DNA of 64,000 bases from Eukaryota sp. GEM-RC1 (lineage: Eukaryota): NCBI GenBank assembly GCA_040285855.1, contig JAUFOQ010000017.1:372001-436000 (forward strand), read 5' to 3'. This document shows positions 1 through 12,520 of the stretch, piece by piece. How positions within the stretch are numbered: position 1 is the stretch's first letter; each line of letters begins with the position of its first letter. Under the pieces are notes generated by a model, which was not told the origin of the DNA, did no database searches, and was given only the letters and a program-made list of their open reading frames with translations. Both the position numbers and the translations under genes were made by a program.

Positions 1-760
1 ATTGACCGAGAGCGGTGAAGGTCGCAATCAAGGCTGGAAGATGTGGAAAGTCTGAAGAATTCTTCTGACTTCCGTCCTGTTGTACTAAATACTGGGTAAT
101 AAGTTCTGATACTGAATAGCAAATATAAGGTAAGAGTTGATGGAGTCCAGTATCTCCCTTGAGTGAAGTCAGTGCACTTTTCCTAAGTTCAAGTGATTCT
201 GATTTTAAACAAATGAGAAGTCTCGCATAGAATTCATTGAGTTCACGAGAGAGAGTATGGCGGATAGGTAGAACTACAGGAACACCTCTACTGTCAGTGG
301 TGGCTGAAGAGAGAATGTCTTGAGGTGGGGTAGAGACGGATCGAGTTGGAGCTAATGGACCTTGAACTTGTTTTCCTTCCACCACTAACCAATTAACAAG
401 GAGAGAGGGGGAAGTTGGGATGGGAGTAAGATCTAGAGAACCCCGGGATTCAGAAACAAGAACAGAATCGACGTGGAGACGACCATCGGCTTCGTAGAGT
501 AAGTCTCGTACGGTATGGAATTTAACAGATTTGCCAAAGAATCTGCCGTATATTCCGTCAAGTCTGCGCATTTCAAGAACTGAATTAAGATCAGATACTG
601 TAAGTTTAGGTCGTTTTAGCGATTTTGAGACTCTGCTAACATCTTGAATGATGTCAAGGAGACGGAATTCGACATCACGAGCAATAGTTTCAGAAACATC
701 AGATGAAATATGTAAGCCATGACTTTTTAAACACCGTGTGATAAATTGTGGTGATATCAT
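1..760 (-). CDS. TAF6: TFIID subunit 6 (TAF6), runs off window start; missing from ORF track
   Basis: Manual translation from ATG at 760: MISPQFITRCLKSHGLHISSDVSETIARDVEFRLLDIIQDVSRV...LTVSDLNSVL (H4-like histone fold), NWLVVEGKQ, HTLSRELNEFY, ALTSLKGDTGLHQLLPY, all matching TAF6 motifs; open to position 1. Confidence 0.85.
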   Translation of the reverse strand, partial: MISPQFITRCLKSHGLHISSDVSETIARDVEFRLLDIIQDVSRVSKSLKRPKLTVSDLNSVLEMRRLDGIYGRFFGKSVKFHTVRDLLYEADGRLHVDSVLVSESRGSLDLTPIPTSPSLLVNWLVVEGKQVQGPLAPTRSVSTPPQDILSSATTDSRGVPVVLPIRHTLSRELNEFYARLLICLKSESLELRKSALTSLKGDTGLHQLLPYICYSVSELITQYLVQQDGSQKNSSDFPHLPALIATFTALGQ

Positions 761-911
761 GGTTGATAAGTGGGAGTTTCGTAGTTTGTAAAGAACCTAC
801 TACTAGTAGTAGACAGTATAATTGTAAACAAAACTTTTGAAAACAGATTTCTCTTCAATCTCACCATCTTGACTGAACTTATCAATCAGAACTGTTGCAC
901 ATCCACATCCA

Positions 912-1706
912 ATGAATCACATCTTGATTGCCACTGTATTCTTTATCTTATCTTCTTCGCTTGTTCTTTTCATCAAGTATATATCTCGGAAACCACTGCC
1001 TATTCCATCTGTTTTACCCAAACACCTTGGTATCATTATGGATGGTAATGGCCGTTGGGCTCGCTTAAGAAAACTTCCAAGATCTCAAGGCCACAAGCAA
1101 GGTGGCAAAATAATTGGGGAAATCGTCAAACGCTGTGTTGAACTGGAGATTCCTTACGTCACTCTCTACGCTTTTTCCAAGGAAAACTGGTCAAGAAGCA
1201 CTGAAGAAGTTGAGTATTTGATTAAGTCAATGAAGCACTATCTGTGTCATGATCGTGATGCAATCCTTCAAGAAAATGTCCGGTTTAAAGCCATTGGTCA
1301 TCTAAACGACTTTGGCGATGACATTATGACTCTCCTTAAAGATGCAGAAGATCAAACCAAGAATAAGACAGGAACAACTGTTATCATGGCACTATCATAC
1401 AGTGGTCGTCAGGAGATTGTGGATTCTTGTAAAAGTATTGTTTCTCAGTGTTTAGCTGGTGAGGTTAAGTTGGATAATATCTCAATGGATATGATTTCAA
1501 AGAATCTTTATTTCTCTGAAGCTGGTGATGTTGATCTTCTGATACGAACTTCTGGTGAACAGCGGCTGTCTAACTTTCTGTTATGGCAGAATTCTTATTC
1601 TGAGTTTATTTTCTCTAAGGTTTTGTGGCCAGATTTCGGTGTTTCGCGGTTTAATGAATGTCTTAAAGTCTACTCTCGAAGACAACGTCGCTTTGGTAAT
1701 GCTTGA
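912..1706 (+). CDS. uppS: cis-prenyltransferase (UppS-like) with N-terminal hydrophobic anchor
   Basis: HLGIIMDGNGRWA, LYAFSKENWSR, YSGRQEI, RTSGEQRLSNFLLWQ..YSE, C-terminal RRFG. Confidence 0.92.
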   Translation: MNHILIATVFFILSSSLVLFIKYISRKPLPIPSVLPKHLGIIMDGNGRWARLRKLPRSQGHKQGGKIIGEIVKRCVELEIPYVTLYAFSKENWSRSTEEVEYLIKSMKHYLCHDRDAILQENVRFKAIGHLNDFGDDIMTLLKDAEDQTKNKTGTTVIMALSYSGRQEIVDSCKSIVSQCLAGEVKLDNISMDMISKNLYFSEAGDVDLLIRTSGEQRLSNFLLWQNSYSEFIFSKVLWPDFGVSRFNECLKVYSRRQRRFGNA

Positions 1707-2266
1707 TGATGTGATGGTTTGCTTTGAGTGGTGTTTCTTTGTTTTTGTATTTTATTGTTTCAGTTTTGAAGGTTTTGTTTGACTGATTTCTATCACTTTT
1801 CTTTGGTTACTTTGAATTGACGTCCCCTATAAAAAAAGTGACAAACATTTCAATTACAAACAAAACAGCTTATTGATGGAGGGTAGAAAAATACATATCA
1901 TAATAAAAGAAACACTAGGCACCGAAAATTCCTGGTCAACAGTACCACAGTTTTTATACAACTTTGTGAAACTTGATAACTTAAATCTCTTATTCTGAGA
2001 ATGTCAATGATTCGTTTGAAAAGTAAGAAGCACTAGGATTTGATAACTCATCATCTTATCTAAAGTTAACCATCCTCGTTCTGAAGTGCAAGCCATTTAT
2101 TTGATTGATAACAGTTTGGAATATTGCTAAAGACAAGGGAACTTCGATGGTTGGATTAGGAGAAACACAACCGAAATTAACAATGAATTAAAGTTAAATT
2201 TGTTTTCAATCTCATATTTATTCAAACAACTACCGTACATGTAAGTACTAAACAGATCTAATACTA

Positions 2267-2813
2267 CAGTCAACTACCGAATACAGCCCCAATTGATAGG
2301 GCCTCTAAATTTGAGCCCTATCGAATAGAGCCCGTTCCTGAAAATAACTTATTTACTTGACGTATTCACAAATTAAATCATTATTTACTATTTTTTATTA
2401 TCTGACTATTAATGAGCATAAAGTCAAAAAACTCCTCCCCTGTATTGACTATGGCTCCTAGATCTCATCGTAACCAATTGGATTTACCAATCCTTCTACA
2501 ATCTCGCCCCCAATTAAACCGTACTCGAGCTCAAATCACCATCGGCTTTAAACAAAATCCTCACCGAAATCGGAATTTCGGTAGAAAAGGTGTTGCAGAG
2601 CATCCTGAAGTTGAGGTATTACAACCCTTGGAATTGATTGAGGAAGATATTGTTGTATAATATTAGTAGATCAGTTATTTATAAATAAAATTAGAAAATG
2701 ATAATTCTTTTCTGTACATATTTTCATAGAAAAAAACTACCGAATAGAGCCATATGAGGAAGGGGCTCTAGATTAGAGCCTTACTGATTAGAGCCCTACC
2801 GAATAGAGCCCCT
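2267..2813. repeat. Probable degenerate DNA-transposon end/MITE with repeated (TACC)GAATAGAGCCC motifs
   Basis: TA-CAGTCAACTACCGAATA start at 2267; about 7 GAGCCC-type motif copies clustered at 2274-2333 and 2737-2813; related decayed sequence at ~50690-50790; no matching right TIR found. Confidence 0.4.
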
Positions 2814-3823
2814 AAAAAGGGATGAATAAATGGATTGTGCATTCATCGATAGTGACTGAGAGAAAAGTTCTAATCAAATATTTTGTTTTTATTTGGGTTT
2901 TATTTTGTTTTAATTATATTTATTTCACATTTATTTTTGGCACTTTTCGATGTTCAAATTATTTTAAATTATCTTATGAGAGAGCTTGTCTCAAAGTACC
3001 CATCTCCTCTGGTTAATTTTCAACTACCGTCATAATGCATTCGAAGCAATAAAGGACCGTAAGAAGTAGAAGTTGTCATACATTTAATGATCTAGAACAC
3101 AGTTCTATTTTCCAAAATCTGAAATCAGAAGTCCTACAGCTTTCTTTTTACAATGTTCACAAAGTTCTGAAGTAATGGAGTTACTGATGAACCTAGAATA
3201 CGATTGAAGTTTTCAAACCCATTCTTTTGAGAGAAGAAATAATCCAATTATCATCGTTGAACCGCTATCACTGTTGCATGCGCAGAAGTCCGTCGTCAGT
3301 GTATCTAAAGTTCCACAAAATCTAAGGAAATTGATAGATCACTACAGCTCAAAAGTGGAGTAATTTTTGTAAAACAACAGTGTTCGAGCATGCTAAACTC
3401 GATGTGTTGTTCAATGACGTCGTACTCACATACAATGAAGTTTAATTGAATCATGTTGTATTAGCATGATAACGGCAACAGAAAAGATATAATTCTACTG
3501 ATCACATGTTTTTTTGAACGACTGATCAAAGTTTGAATAAATGAAAATGAAATTTGTCGTCTTACTTGAAGTAATAAGTTGCTTCGAATTTTATCTGAGA
3601 TAAAAGAAAAACAGTATTGTTGATCATTTGATAAATCTTAATTGTTACTACAGTTGTTTGTTTCGAATCATTTTAATGTTGACACTTCTGCATCTGCTAT
3701 TGTTGGGATTGTCATGGAAACTACAAAAGTAGACTTCCTTACCGTCCAGGAACCTTCACTTGATCTTCTCAGATGTTGTTGTGTAATCCTTAGAGATTGT
3801 TAGTCTGAAGGAAGAAGTGCCAC

Positions 3824-6800
3824 ATGACAATTTTTGAGCTGATGACAAATATAGTGGATCTTTCTCTCATCTCAACAATGATCCACTTGAATTGTTCGAT
3901 CTGCGCTTCAACCTTTGACAAAGCTTCCACGCTGCCCTGTGGACATTCCTTTTGTCTCACGTGTATCACTGAATGGCTAGAAGGACACCAAAATTGTCCT
4001 ATTTGTCGTAAACAAGCCTCTATCAATGATGTTGCCCCTAGTTATGTTCTCTGTGAAGCTGTCGATGCCTTTGTTAAGAATCCCGCCGCAGTACCCGAGA
4101 TCCCGTCTGAAGACCTCAGTTTCACTATCAACAATGAATTGGGTAGTGGAATCAGCGGAACTGTTTATCTCTGTGAATGGGCTGACACCAATGTTGCTTT
4201 AAAGCTCGTCCGTAAAGATGATCAGAATGAAGCAAGACTCTTGCAAGAAGTCTCCTACATGGTCTCTCTGTCTCATCCTTTTGTCCTTAGTGTGTTTGGT
4301 ATAACCAGACTTCCGAAGCACATTGGTATCTTGATGGAACTTGGTTCTGGACATCTACAAGTCCCAACATCTCTTTCTCCCACCACCCTTGCTCAAGCTA
4401 TTGATCTATGTACCGCTGTAAAGTACTTGCATTCCAAGGAAATTGTACACCATGACATAAAGCCCCAAAATGTCATTATAGTAAATTCGCAGGTCAAACT
4501 TGCCGATTTTGGTTCTTCACGTACCATGTACAACTATACGTCCACGCTCCAAGTAACTCCGAAGTACACACCTCCGGAAGCGTTTAAGAAAATCTATGGT
4601 CCTGCTTTCGACGTTTATAGTCTGGGAATATTGTTTTATGAAATGTTTACCAACATACTTGCATTTGAGGATATGCTTGTTTTTGAACTAGTTATGGCTA
4701 AACAAAATGAACATTTATTGAGCTTTCCTGATGGTTTTCCTGTGCCAATTTCAACCTTAATTAACAAATGTCTTTCAGTTAATCCTAGTGAAAGACCTTC
4801 TATTAATGATGTACTAAAAGTGTTGAAAGAAATTCAAGGAACCATTGAAGTCTTTGAGTTGAACAATTTTCTAGCAAATGATCTTCAATTAGAGAAAAGT
4901 AGTGATGAATTAGCTTTTGAAGGTTACCAAGAAGCTGCAGAACGAGGTGATGCTGAAGCCATGGTTAATCTGGGTAACTGTTTTCTTAATGGTATTGGGA
5001 TATACAAGGACGAGAGACAAGCCGTTTACTGGTTCTTGGAAGCTGATTCTAAGGGAAACTCTAACGCAAGAACACACTTGGGCAAATCTATTCATTGGTG
5101 TCAAAAACACGCAGAATTAGGTGATGAACTTGCAATGAAAGCCCTTGGCGATTGTTACAACAAAGGACAAGCAATCGAAAAAGACCAATCAAAAGCTGTG
5201 TATTGGTATCAAAAGGCTGCTGAGTTGGGCAAATCTATCGCCATGTATAACCTTGCTCGTTGTTACAAAAATGGAGAAGGAATCGAAAAAGACCAATCAA
5301 CAGCTGTGTACTGGTACCAAAAAGCTGCAGATTTGTGTGACTCTGATGCCATGTTCTCGCTTGGTTATTGTTACAATTGTGGACAAGGAGTCGAAAAAGA
5401 CCAATCAAAAGCTGTGTATTGGTATCAAAAGGCTGCTGAGTTGGGCAAATCTGTCGCCATGTATAACCTTGCTCGTTGTTACAAAAATGGAGAAGGAATC
5501 GAAAAAGACCAATCAAAAGCTGTGTATTGGTACCAAAAAGCTGCAGATTTGGGCCACTCTGGTGCAATGCATAATCTTGGTGTTTGTTACGCAAACGGAC
5601 AAGGAATCAAAAAGTACCAATCAAAAGCCGTGTCCTGGTATCAAAAAGCGGCAAATTTGGGTCACTCTGGTGCCATGTTTACTCTTGGTGATTGTTACTT
5701 TCATGGAGAAGGAATCGAAGAAGACCAATCAAAAGCCGTGTACTGGTATCAAAAGGCGGCAGATTTGGGTGACTCTGGTGCGATGTTTAATCTCGGTGTT
5801 AGTTACTTTCATGGAGAAGGAATCGAAGAAGACCAATCAAAAGCCGTGTACTGGTATCACAAGGCTGCAGATTTGGGTGACCCTGGTGCCGTGTTTAATC
5901 TTGGTGATTGTTGCTTTCATGGAGAAGGAATCGAAGAAGACCAATCAAAAGCCGTGTACTGGTATCAAAAGGCGGCAGATTTGGGTGACTCTGGTGCCAT
6001 GAATAGTCTTGGTAGTTGTTACTTTAATGGAGAAGGAATTGAAGAAGACCAATCAAAAGCCGTGTACTGGTATCAAAAGGCGGCAGATTTGGGTGACTCT
6101 GGTGCGATGTTTAATCTCGGTGTTAGTTACAAAAAGGAGAAGGAATCAAAAAGACCAATCAAAAGCCGTGTACTGGTATCAAAAGGCGGCAGATTTGGGT
6201 GACTCTGGTGCGATGTTTAATCTCGGTGATTGTTACTTTCATGGAGAAGGAATCAAAAAAGACCAATCAGAAGCCGTGTACTGGTATCAAAATGCGGCAG
6301 ATTTGGATGACTCTGATGCCATGAGTAGTCTTGCTAATTGTTACTTTAATGGAGAAGGAATCGAAGAAGACCAATCAAAAGCCGTGTACTGGTATCACAA
6401 GGCTGCAGATTTGGGTGACCCTGGTGCCGTGTTTAATCTTGGTGATTGTTACTTTCATGGAGAAGGAATCGAAGAAGACCAATCAAAAGCCGTGTACTGG
6501 TATCAAAAGGCGGCAGATTTGGGTGACTCTGGTGCCATGAATAGTCTTGGTAGTTGTTACTTTAATGGAGAAGGAATCGAAGAAGACCAATCAAAAGCCG
6601 TGTCCTGGTATCAAAAAGCGGCAGATTTGGGTCACTCTGGTGCCATGTTTACTCTTGGTGATTGTTACTTTCATGGAGAAGGAATCAAAAAAGACCAATC
6701 AAAAGCCGTGCACTGGTATCAAAATGCGGCAGATTTGGGTCACTCTGGTGCAATGCATAATCTTGGTGTTTGTTACGCAAACGGACAAGGAATCAAAAAA

Positions 6801-7007
6801 GACCAATCAAAAGCCGTGCACTGGTATCAAAATGCGGCAGATTTGGGTGACTCTGGTGCCATGAATAGTCTTGGTAGTTGTTACGCAAACGGACAAGGAA
6901 TCAAAAAAGACCGATCAAAAGCCATGTACTGGTATCAAAAAGCGGCAGATTTGGGTGACTCAAGGGCACAAAGGCACCAAAGGCGACTAGAACTACTATT
7001 ATGGTGA
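3824..7007 (+). CDS. RING finger - protein kinase - SEL1-repeat protein, frameshifted near 6130-6152
   Basis: C3HC4 RING (CSIC...CGHSFCLTC...CPIC); kinase motifs GSGISG, VALK, HHDIKPQN, DFG, YTPPE; 36-aa SEL1 repeats. ORFs 3824-6202 and 6009-7007 join if two single bases are restored at A-runs relative to the repeat consensus. Confidence 0.88.
5110..6975 (+). repeat. 108-bp coding tandem repeat (about 17 SEL1 units)
   Basis: GACCAATCAAAAGCCGTGTACTGGTATCAAAAGGCGGCAGATTTGGG recurs every 108 nt with near-identical units. Confidence 0.92.
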
Positions 7008-7812
7008 TTTGTCAATAGCAAATGGAGTTGTTGTATCTTGTACTTGCGTTCTGCAGTTCAACTTCTCGTAGACTCTCTGATACACGTCTTACTAAATTAA
7101 ATGTATTAAATTTTACAATTAGAAATTAATTACTGTTCAGTTTCAATTCAAGAACTTTACACATCACTTTGAACTTCTTTTTCTTTGAAAGATACAGTTT
7201 AACCAACAATAATGAGCAATAGTCATCATATCAACGTTTAAGTGGAATTATATACTTGACTGGTTTATATCACCAGCTCATGACAATTCTCACGAGAATT
7301 GACTGAGTCAACTCACGAAAATGACTCACAAATCAATCTTCTTTTAATACATGTGAGTCATTACTGTGACTCAATTGAAATAGACGTGATCAATATTAGA
7401 CTTCAATAAGTCAATGTGTGGGTCGAGATCAAAACAAGTTGATTATTTTGAGAAAAATTTAGTACGATGAACTTGATACCATTAAATACATCATTTCGAA
7501 TCTTGATCTCTTTGAAATTTGATGATTCCTTTCAAATCCATACGTCAAATCAAATAGTAGTGTTCTTTTTTTATAAACGATCATGACTGATGTATATTAA
7601 ATGATGGAAATTCAAACATTAATCATACACTGGAGAAGTTTAGTGATGATTACAGGTATTTGAGGCAAAAATTTTGCTATCATTTGAAAAACGTGTACGC
7701 AAATGTACGATTAACTAGAACAATCAACATGACTTACTGTTTTCGTTTTTTCTACTTCATAAATGTCTGTAATTCGTATTTTCGAAAGGATGTAGATGTA
7801 CTACATAGATCG

Positions 7813-8100
7813 CTAGAGCTTAACAGATGATTGAAGATCTCTACTTCTTGAAGAATATCTACATGACATCATTCTACCACTTTTTGTAAGTGAATCTCCA
7901 TTGTTCTTTCTATTCGTTGCTGATTTCTTTTGTCTTTCACCACGTAAGTTGTTGAAGAAACACATTGGTCGATCCTTACCAACATGATAACCCTCAACAA
8001 ACTTCAGCAGATTCAAACAGCTATTGAAGTCTCCATTCCAGAGTTTATGACATGTATTTCAATGCACTAAACCTCAACTCTTGACCTCATCTGTCTCTTT
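7813..8100 (-). pseudogene. Relic of a second, divergent Fanzor C-terminus
   Basis: Minus frame reads KS*GLVH*NTCHKLWNGDFNSCLNLLKFVEGYHVGKDRP, aligning with LGLVKCSDAECGTYWNRDLNSAINI...GQGRP of the Fanzor at ~16980-17090; two TGA stops fall where W and C are expected. Confidence 0.6.
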
Positions 8101-9626
8101 CCGTCACCTCAGCTTCGTCCAACTCACTCAGGTTAAAGAGTCGATCGAATTTCTTATCAACTCTTTCCTTCTGCTTCGAGAAGTTTGGTTCCTTGGCTTT
8201 GAGAAAGGTTTTCCTTCTTTTTTCATGTTCGTTATGTTGTTCTCAAAACATACTTGAACTGATGAGATGTCGTAAACTGCATTAAATTTTGAGCAATTGG
8301 TTTTTTCGGAAGCAAATTCCGAGAGTTCCTTCAGACTCCAGTAAGCTGCCACTGGTTTATCAAAAATTTTGGGTGAATTTATAATACTAAAGAGCTTGAT
8401 CGCTCAAGAAATTGTACTGTTTTAGTTTGCTTCATCTTTAGGTTTACACCGGTTCTTTTTTTTACTGAAACACATAGGAAAAGAAAGAGATCAGAAGGGG
8501 TTTATACAACAGTGCTTTGGAAGAAATTTGGATATTATTTCGATCCAGATCCTAATCCCTTCATATCCAAAGAATTTTGCCAATCTTGATGCCGTTGACT
8601 TTTGATGTTCTTCTAGCCCTCAGAACTATCAACGATCTTCGGGCTGAAGACTCATGCTTCCGAAGACACCCATGTTCGTGTAAAAAAGTGGTATCAAGTA
8701 TTTTATACTACCCCCCTACTCGCCGGAAAGTAATCCCATCGAGTGTTTCTTTGGAATGCTGTGCAGAAGGATCAAAAATTTGGCTCACCAATTTCCCTCA
8801 GCGTCCTCACCTGATTTAATTAAAACGGGTTTAGAGAGCTTGAGAAGTAAACAATGTCGCTCACTTTTTAACAAAACTGGTTGGAGACAGAAATGTATGT
8901 ATCGTTCTTACTTAACTGACGAACATCTTTCCCATAGTATAGATCTTGATCGAGGTACAGTAAGTGCCGTTGAGATTTTTGATCTCCATCAAACTCAGTC
9001 ATTGATGATCTATATGAAGCTTAATCTCTTCCACTGTTACTGATGAAACATTTATTTCAGAATGTTTCAAGGTTATCTGAAAAGTGGGAATTTACTACAT
9101 ACATTGTCCATTGCACTGAGGTTACGACTAGCTCCTGGTGACAAAACCGAAGGTCCAGGAGGAGAAACATGAAGGCTGCGAATGAAATTAGTCAAGTCAG
9201 CATTCAGCTGGAAAGTCAGACTGTGTCCAAAATCTTGCACCTGTTGCTCAAATTGTACAAGCCGTTGATTCATAAATTAGACAATTTGGTCCAAGGATGC
9301 CATTTCAGTCTCCGCTATATGTTAAGATGGGACCTTTTGTGCGTGTTCAAGGGTAACAGCAGGGATCTCGGAAGCATCATCTATATCCCCGGCTTCATAC
9401 ATAAGTTTCAACTTCATCCACTGATGTGTGGGAAGAGCTACTTCGGAATTTTGCAGCCTTTAAATCTAGGATACTGGTGCTGCGGCGGTTAGTCGCCTTG
9501 ATAGCTTGCACAAAGGACTGGTGAACTTGTTGAGGGTTATCTCAGCAAATAAAATCTTGTCAATCTGATAATCGATTTATTGAAGACATATCACTCTCGT
9601 GATTTTTTTTAACTATTAGTTATACC

Positions 9627-10705
9627 CATACTTGTTGATCACACTCGTTTTGTCAGTGTGATCACAATCACAAATTATGATCACAAATACTGTTTATTGG
9701 GAAAAATAAAGTTGATAATACTGTATTATATTATTTATACATATCGAAATAACATATCCATACAGCTTTCTTTTGCAAACACGATCTATTTCACTGTCCT
9801 GAGACCAATCTACATCAATGTGCTCCTCCATATCTGAATCTTCGATCACAAAAGCTTCTCCAATATCTTCTTTATCTTCCTCATCCTCATCGTCAACTGT
9901 GATGTCGTCAAAAACATCTCTCAAATCAACATTTGCTACCACATCCATTGTATCTGCCTGTTGTTCTTCTTCTGCCAACAACACTAAAGACCCACATTTC
10001 CACATCCAAAAGAACATCCCCCACTCTAGATTTGGTCTCAAGTATTTAGTTGAATACCGAGATTCAAATTTTTGGGTTCTTGTTTTAGAAGAGGAGTATT
10101 GAAATGTATAATCGTCATGTCATCCAAATGATCGTTGGTCAATTTCAACCTTCTTTTGGACACCTGGAAGTCAAATGAAGACCATTTCCTTTCTGTTGTA
10201 GATGCTGAACCAGTATGGCCCGTAATTCTTTGAGCTAATTGACTCAACTGTGGATAAAGCTGTTTACCAACAGAGTACCACCATTGATGGACAGCCAAAT
10301 TAATGATTTCAGAAGTAGTAAGTTTTGTGGTAAAATCTATTGTATGATATATTATTGTTTGATATCTTATAGCACCATTAACATTGAAAGTCTTCCTTAC
10401 CTGATGTGTTTTCACGAACTTTCACAAGCTGGTAGAGCGGATTGTCCTTATTACAATCGGATTGGAGAAAAGGAAGTGATGGCATTGTGGGGAAATGGTA
10501 AATGTAGTTTTCGAGCACCACATTAGACTCTAATCTTGTGCTCTATACTGTAGAGTGTTGTTGAACAATTAAAACTGGTCTAGGTTTATCACATACACGT
10601 ATTATATTAATAACTTCACTTCAGTATGGATCACATTTGAATCACAAGTGATGTGATCACAAAAAAGGCCAGTGTGATCACATGTGTTTGTGATCCACAA
10701 GTATG
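9627..10705 (-). mobile_element. Non-autonomous hAT transposon (1079 bp)
   Basis: TIRs CATACTTGT(T/G)GATCACA at both ends; perfect 8-bp TSD GTTATACC (9619-9626 and 10706-10713); subterminal GTGATCAC repeats. Confidence 0.92.
10038..10415 (-). pseudogene. hAT transposase C-terminal dimerisation domain remnant
   Basis: WW...YPQLSQLAQRI...SASTTERKWSSF...RRLKLTNDHLDDM; the catalytic core is deleted. Confidence 0.8.
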
Positions 10706-10898
10706 GTTATACCTACAATATTGGCCATCAAAGGCAACAGAATGTACACACCAATGTGTACCATTTTGCTAATGCAATAAATGAAAACTGAGAAAATAGA
10801 AAAGGCAACAAGCTAATTTATACTTAAAATAACGTATTCACTCTGGACAATCTAAATCTAACCAAAATAAGCATCTCTATACTAGAAGAAATTGTAAA

Positions 10899-11766
10899 AC
10901 TCCAACTCGACTTCACTCCAACTCAAGTCACTTGTACACTTCACTCCACTTCTGAATTTTATTTTTTCTGTTTATGTTCAAAATGAGCTCACCACGAAGG
11001 GCAGAAAGACGGAGCTTGGATCTGCGATCAGTCAGCCAACATTGCAACTTTGAGAACAAACGTACAACGATGTTCGAAGCAGCTCATATGAAACAAAGAT
11101 CAACTTAATCAGATGATTGATCAGCGAACGCTTTGAAATTTGTGTTTTTCGTCACATGAATAGAAGCTTTCAGGAGAAAGCATTTTCTACGGAAGAGATA
11201 CGAAAATGTTTGAACAGAATACTGAAACGTAGTTGTTTGATGGAATCACGTCAGAAAACAGAGGGGAGAAATTATCGGAAATAATTGCAATCAATTCTGA
11301 TACGGCTATTTGCCAAAAATCAATTATTGTGATATATTTTTTGCAATAATTTAGCTCATAAATTATTTATTGAGGATCCCTAATCAGTTGCATCAGAACG
11401 ATGTTTTTCTGCAAGTGGGAGTACACTAAGCAAAACAAGAAATCGTCTCCCTGATGATTTTCTGGAAGTACTGCTATGTCTTAAATCATGGTATGCAATA
11501 AATCTAAACGTACCTTCATAGCTTTAGTTTAATCAATAGGATTAACAACTTGTTGGACTTTCCTTTTACACTTTGTTTCTAGTGACACAGCATATAGGTG
11601 TTACTCTATAGCGGTAAAACTATTGTAAATACTGATGAAATCACAAGTTTCACTCCAACTCGACTTACTCGTAAAATTTTGATAGAACTCCAATTCGTAG
11701 AAATTTGGAGTGAAGCGGAGTTTGGAGTCTTGGAGTAGAACTCGAGTGCATTTTTGCCCATCCCTA
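10899..11766 (+). mobile_element. Truncated hAT relic of a second family
   Basis: 11384-11521 encodes SVASERCFSASGSTLSKTRNRLPDDFLEVLLCLKSW (hAT dimerisation motif); right end GCCCATCCCTA (TAGGGATG-type TIR) at 11766; ACTCCAACTC subterminal repeats. Confidence 0.7.
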
Positions 11767-12074
11767 ATCATGCAAATTGACTCTCCATTTCAATCAGCAC
11801 CTAATCGATAGGAGGTTGTCGGAGATTACGTTGTTGCGTTGATATCCGCGCAGTTGAGATGTAGACAGTATAATCGGAGAGGATGCAAGTGTTTTTGAAT
11901 TAGTAGAAGTTATAAAATAATTAGATGAATTGGAATTTCCGGGAAACACACAACTTCATACTACAATTGGACGTACTTTTGCAGAAGAACCATTTTGTTT
12001 GGTACCCAAGCAGTATTTTTGTCACATGCATCTGCATTGAATATGCCAATAAATAGAATGAATAAGACTTTTTA

Positions 12075-12195
12075 GCGGTCAAATATTTTGTTAGTTCTAC
12101 GAGCAACAACCTTTGCCAAATCACCTAAGAACTTCAGGGCTAATTTACCCAAACCACCATACAAAGAAATCGCAAATGGGACAAGTGAATATTCA
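12075..12195 (-). pseudogene. Restriction-like endonuclease (RLE) relic of a non-LTR retroelement
   Basis: EYSLVPFAISLYGGLGKLALKFL, similar to the PFAxSxxG motif at 47515-47946 and 51337-51640. Confidence 0.5.
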
Positions 12196-12520
12196 ACATG
12201 AACAATGTATTTCAGATCTCCGAGTGGATCAGCACACTTTTTTTGTTTGTAGTATGAATAAGACTAAATACTAATGACTAAATACTGAAACTAAACATAC
12301 CAAAAAAATACAAACACAAATACAAAATACAAAATACACAGAATACATGTATTCTGTATTACCCATCTATGATTATAACTCCTAATGACTGCTTGATTCT
12401 TGGTTAGCTATTGATTTAAATATCTATACTTAAATATGTCCCGCTTTACTTTTCTATTCTTTTGTCATCATTGTTCCCTCGTTCCGTTCAAATATTAAAG
12501 ATGTTAATCCGAAAATAGTA

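Noticed and set aside
5145..6864. Alternative-frame ORFs over the SEL1 array
   Set aside because: Shadow frames produced by the 108-bp repeat
8577..9560. Fragmented plus-strand ORFs as a reverse transcriptase
   Set aside because: No recognisable RT motifs; probably decayed sequence of unknown origin
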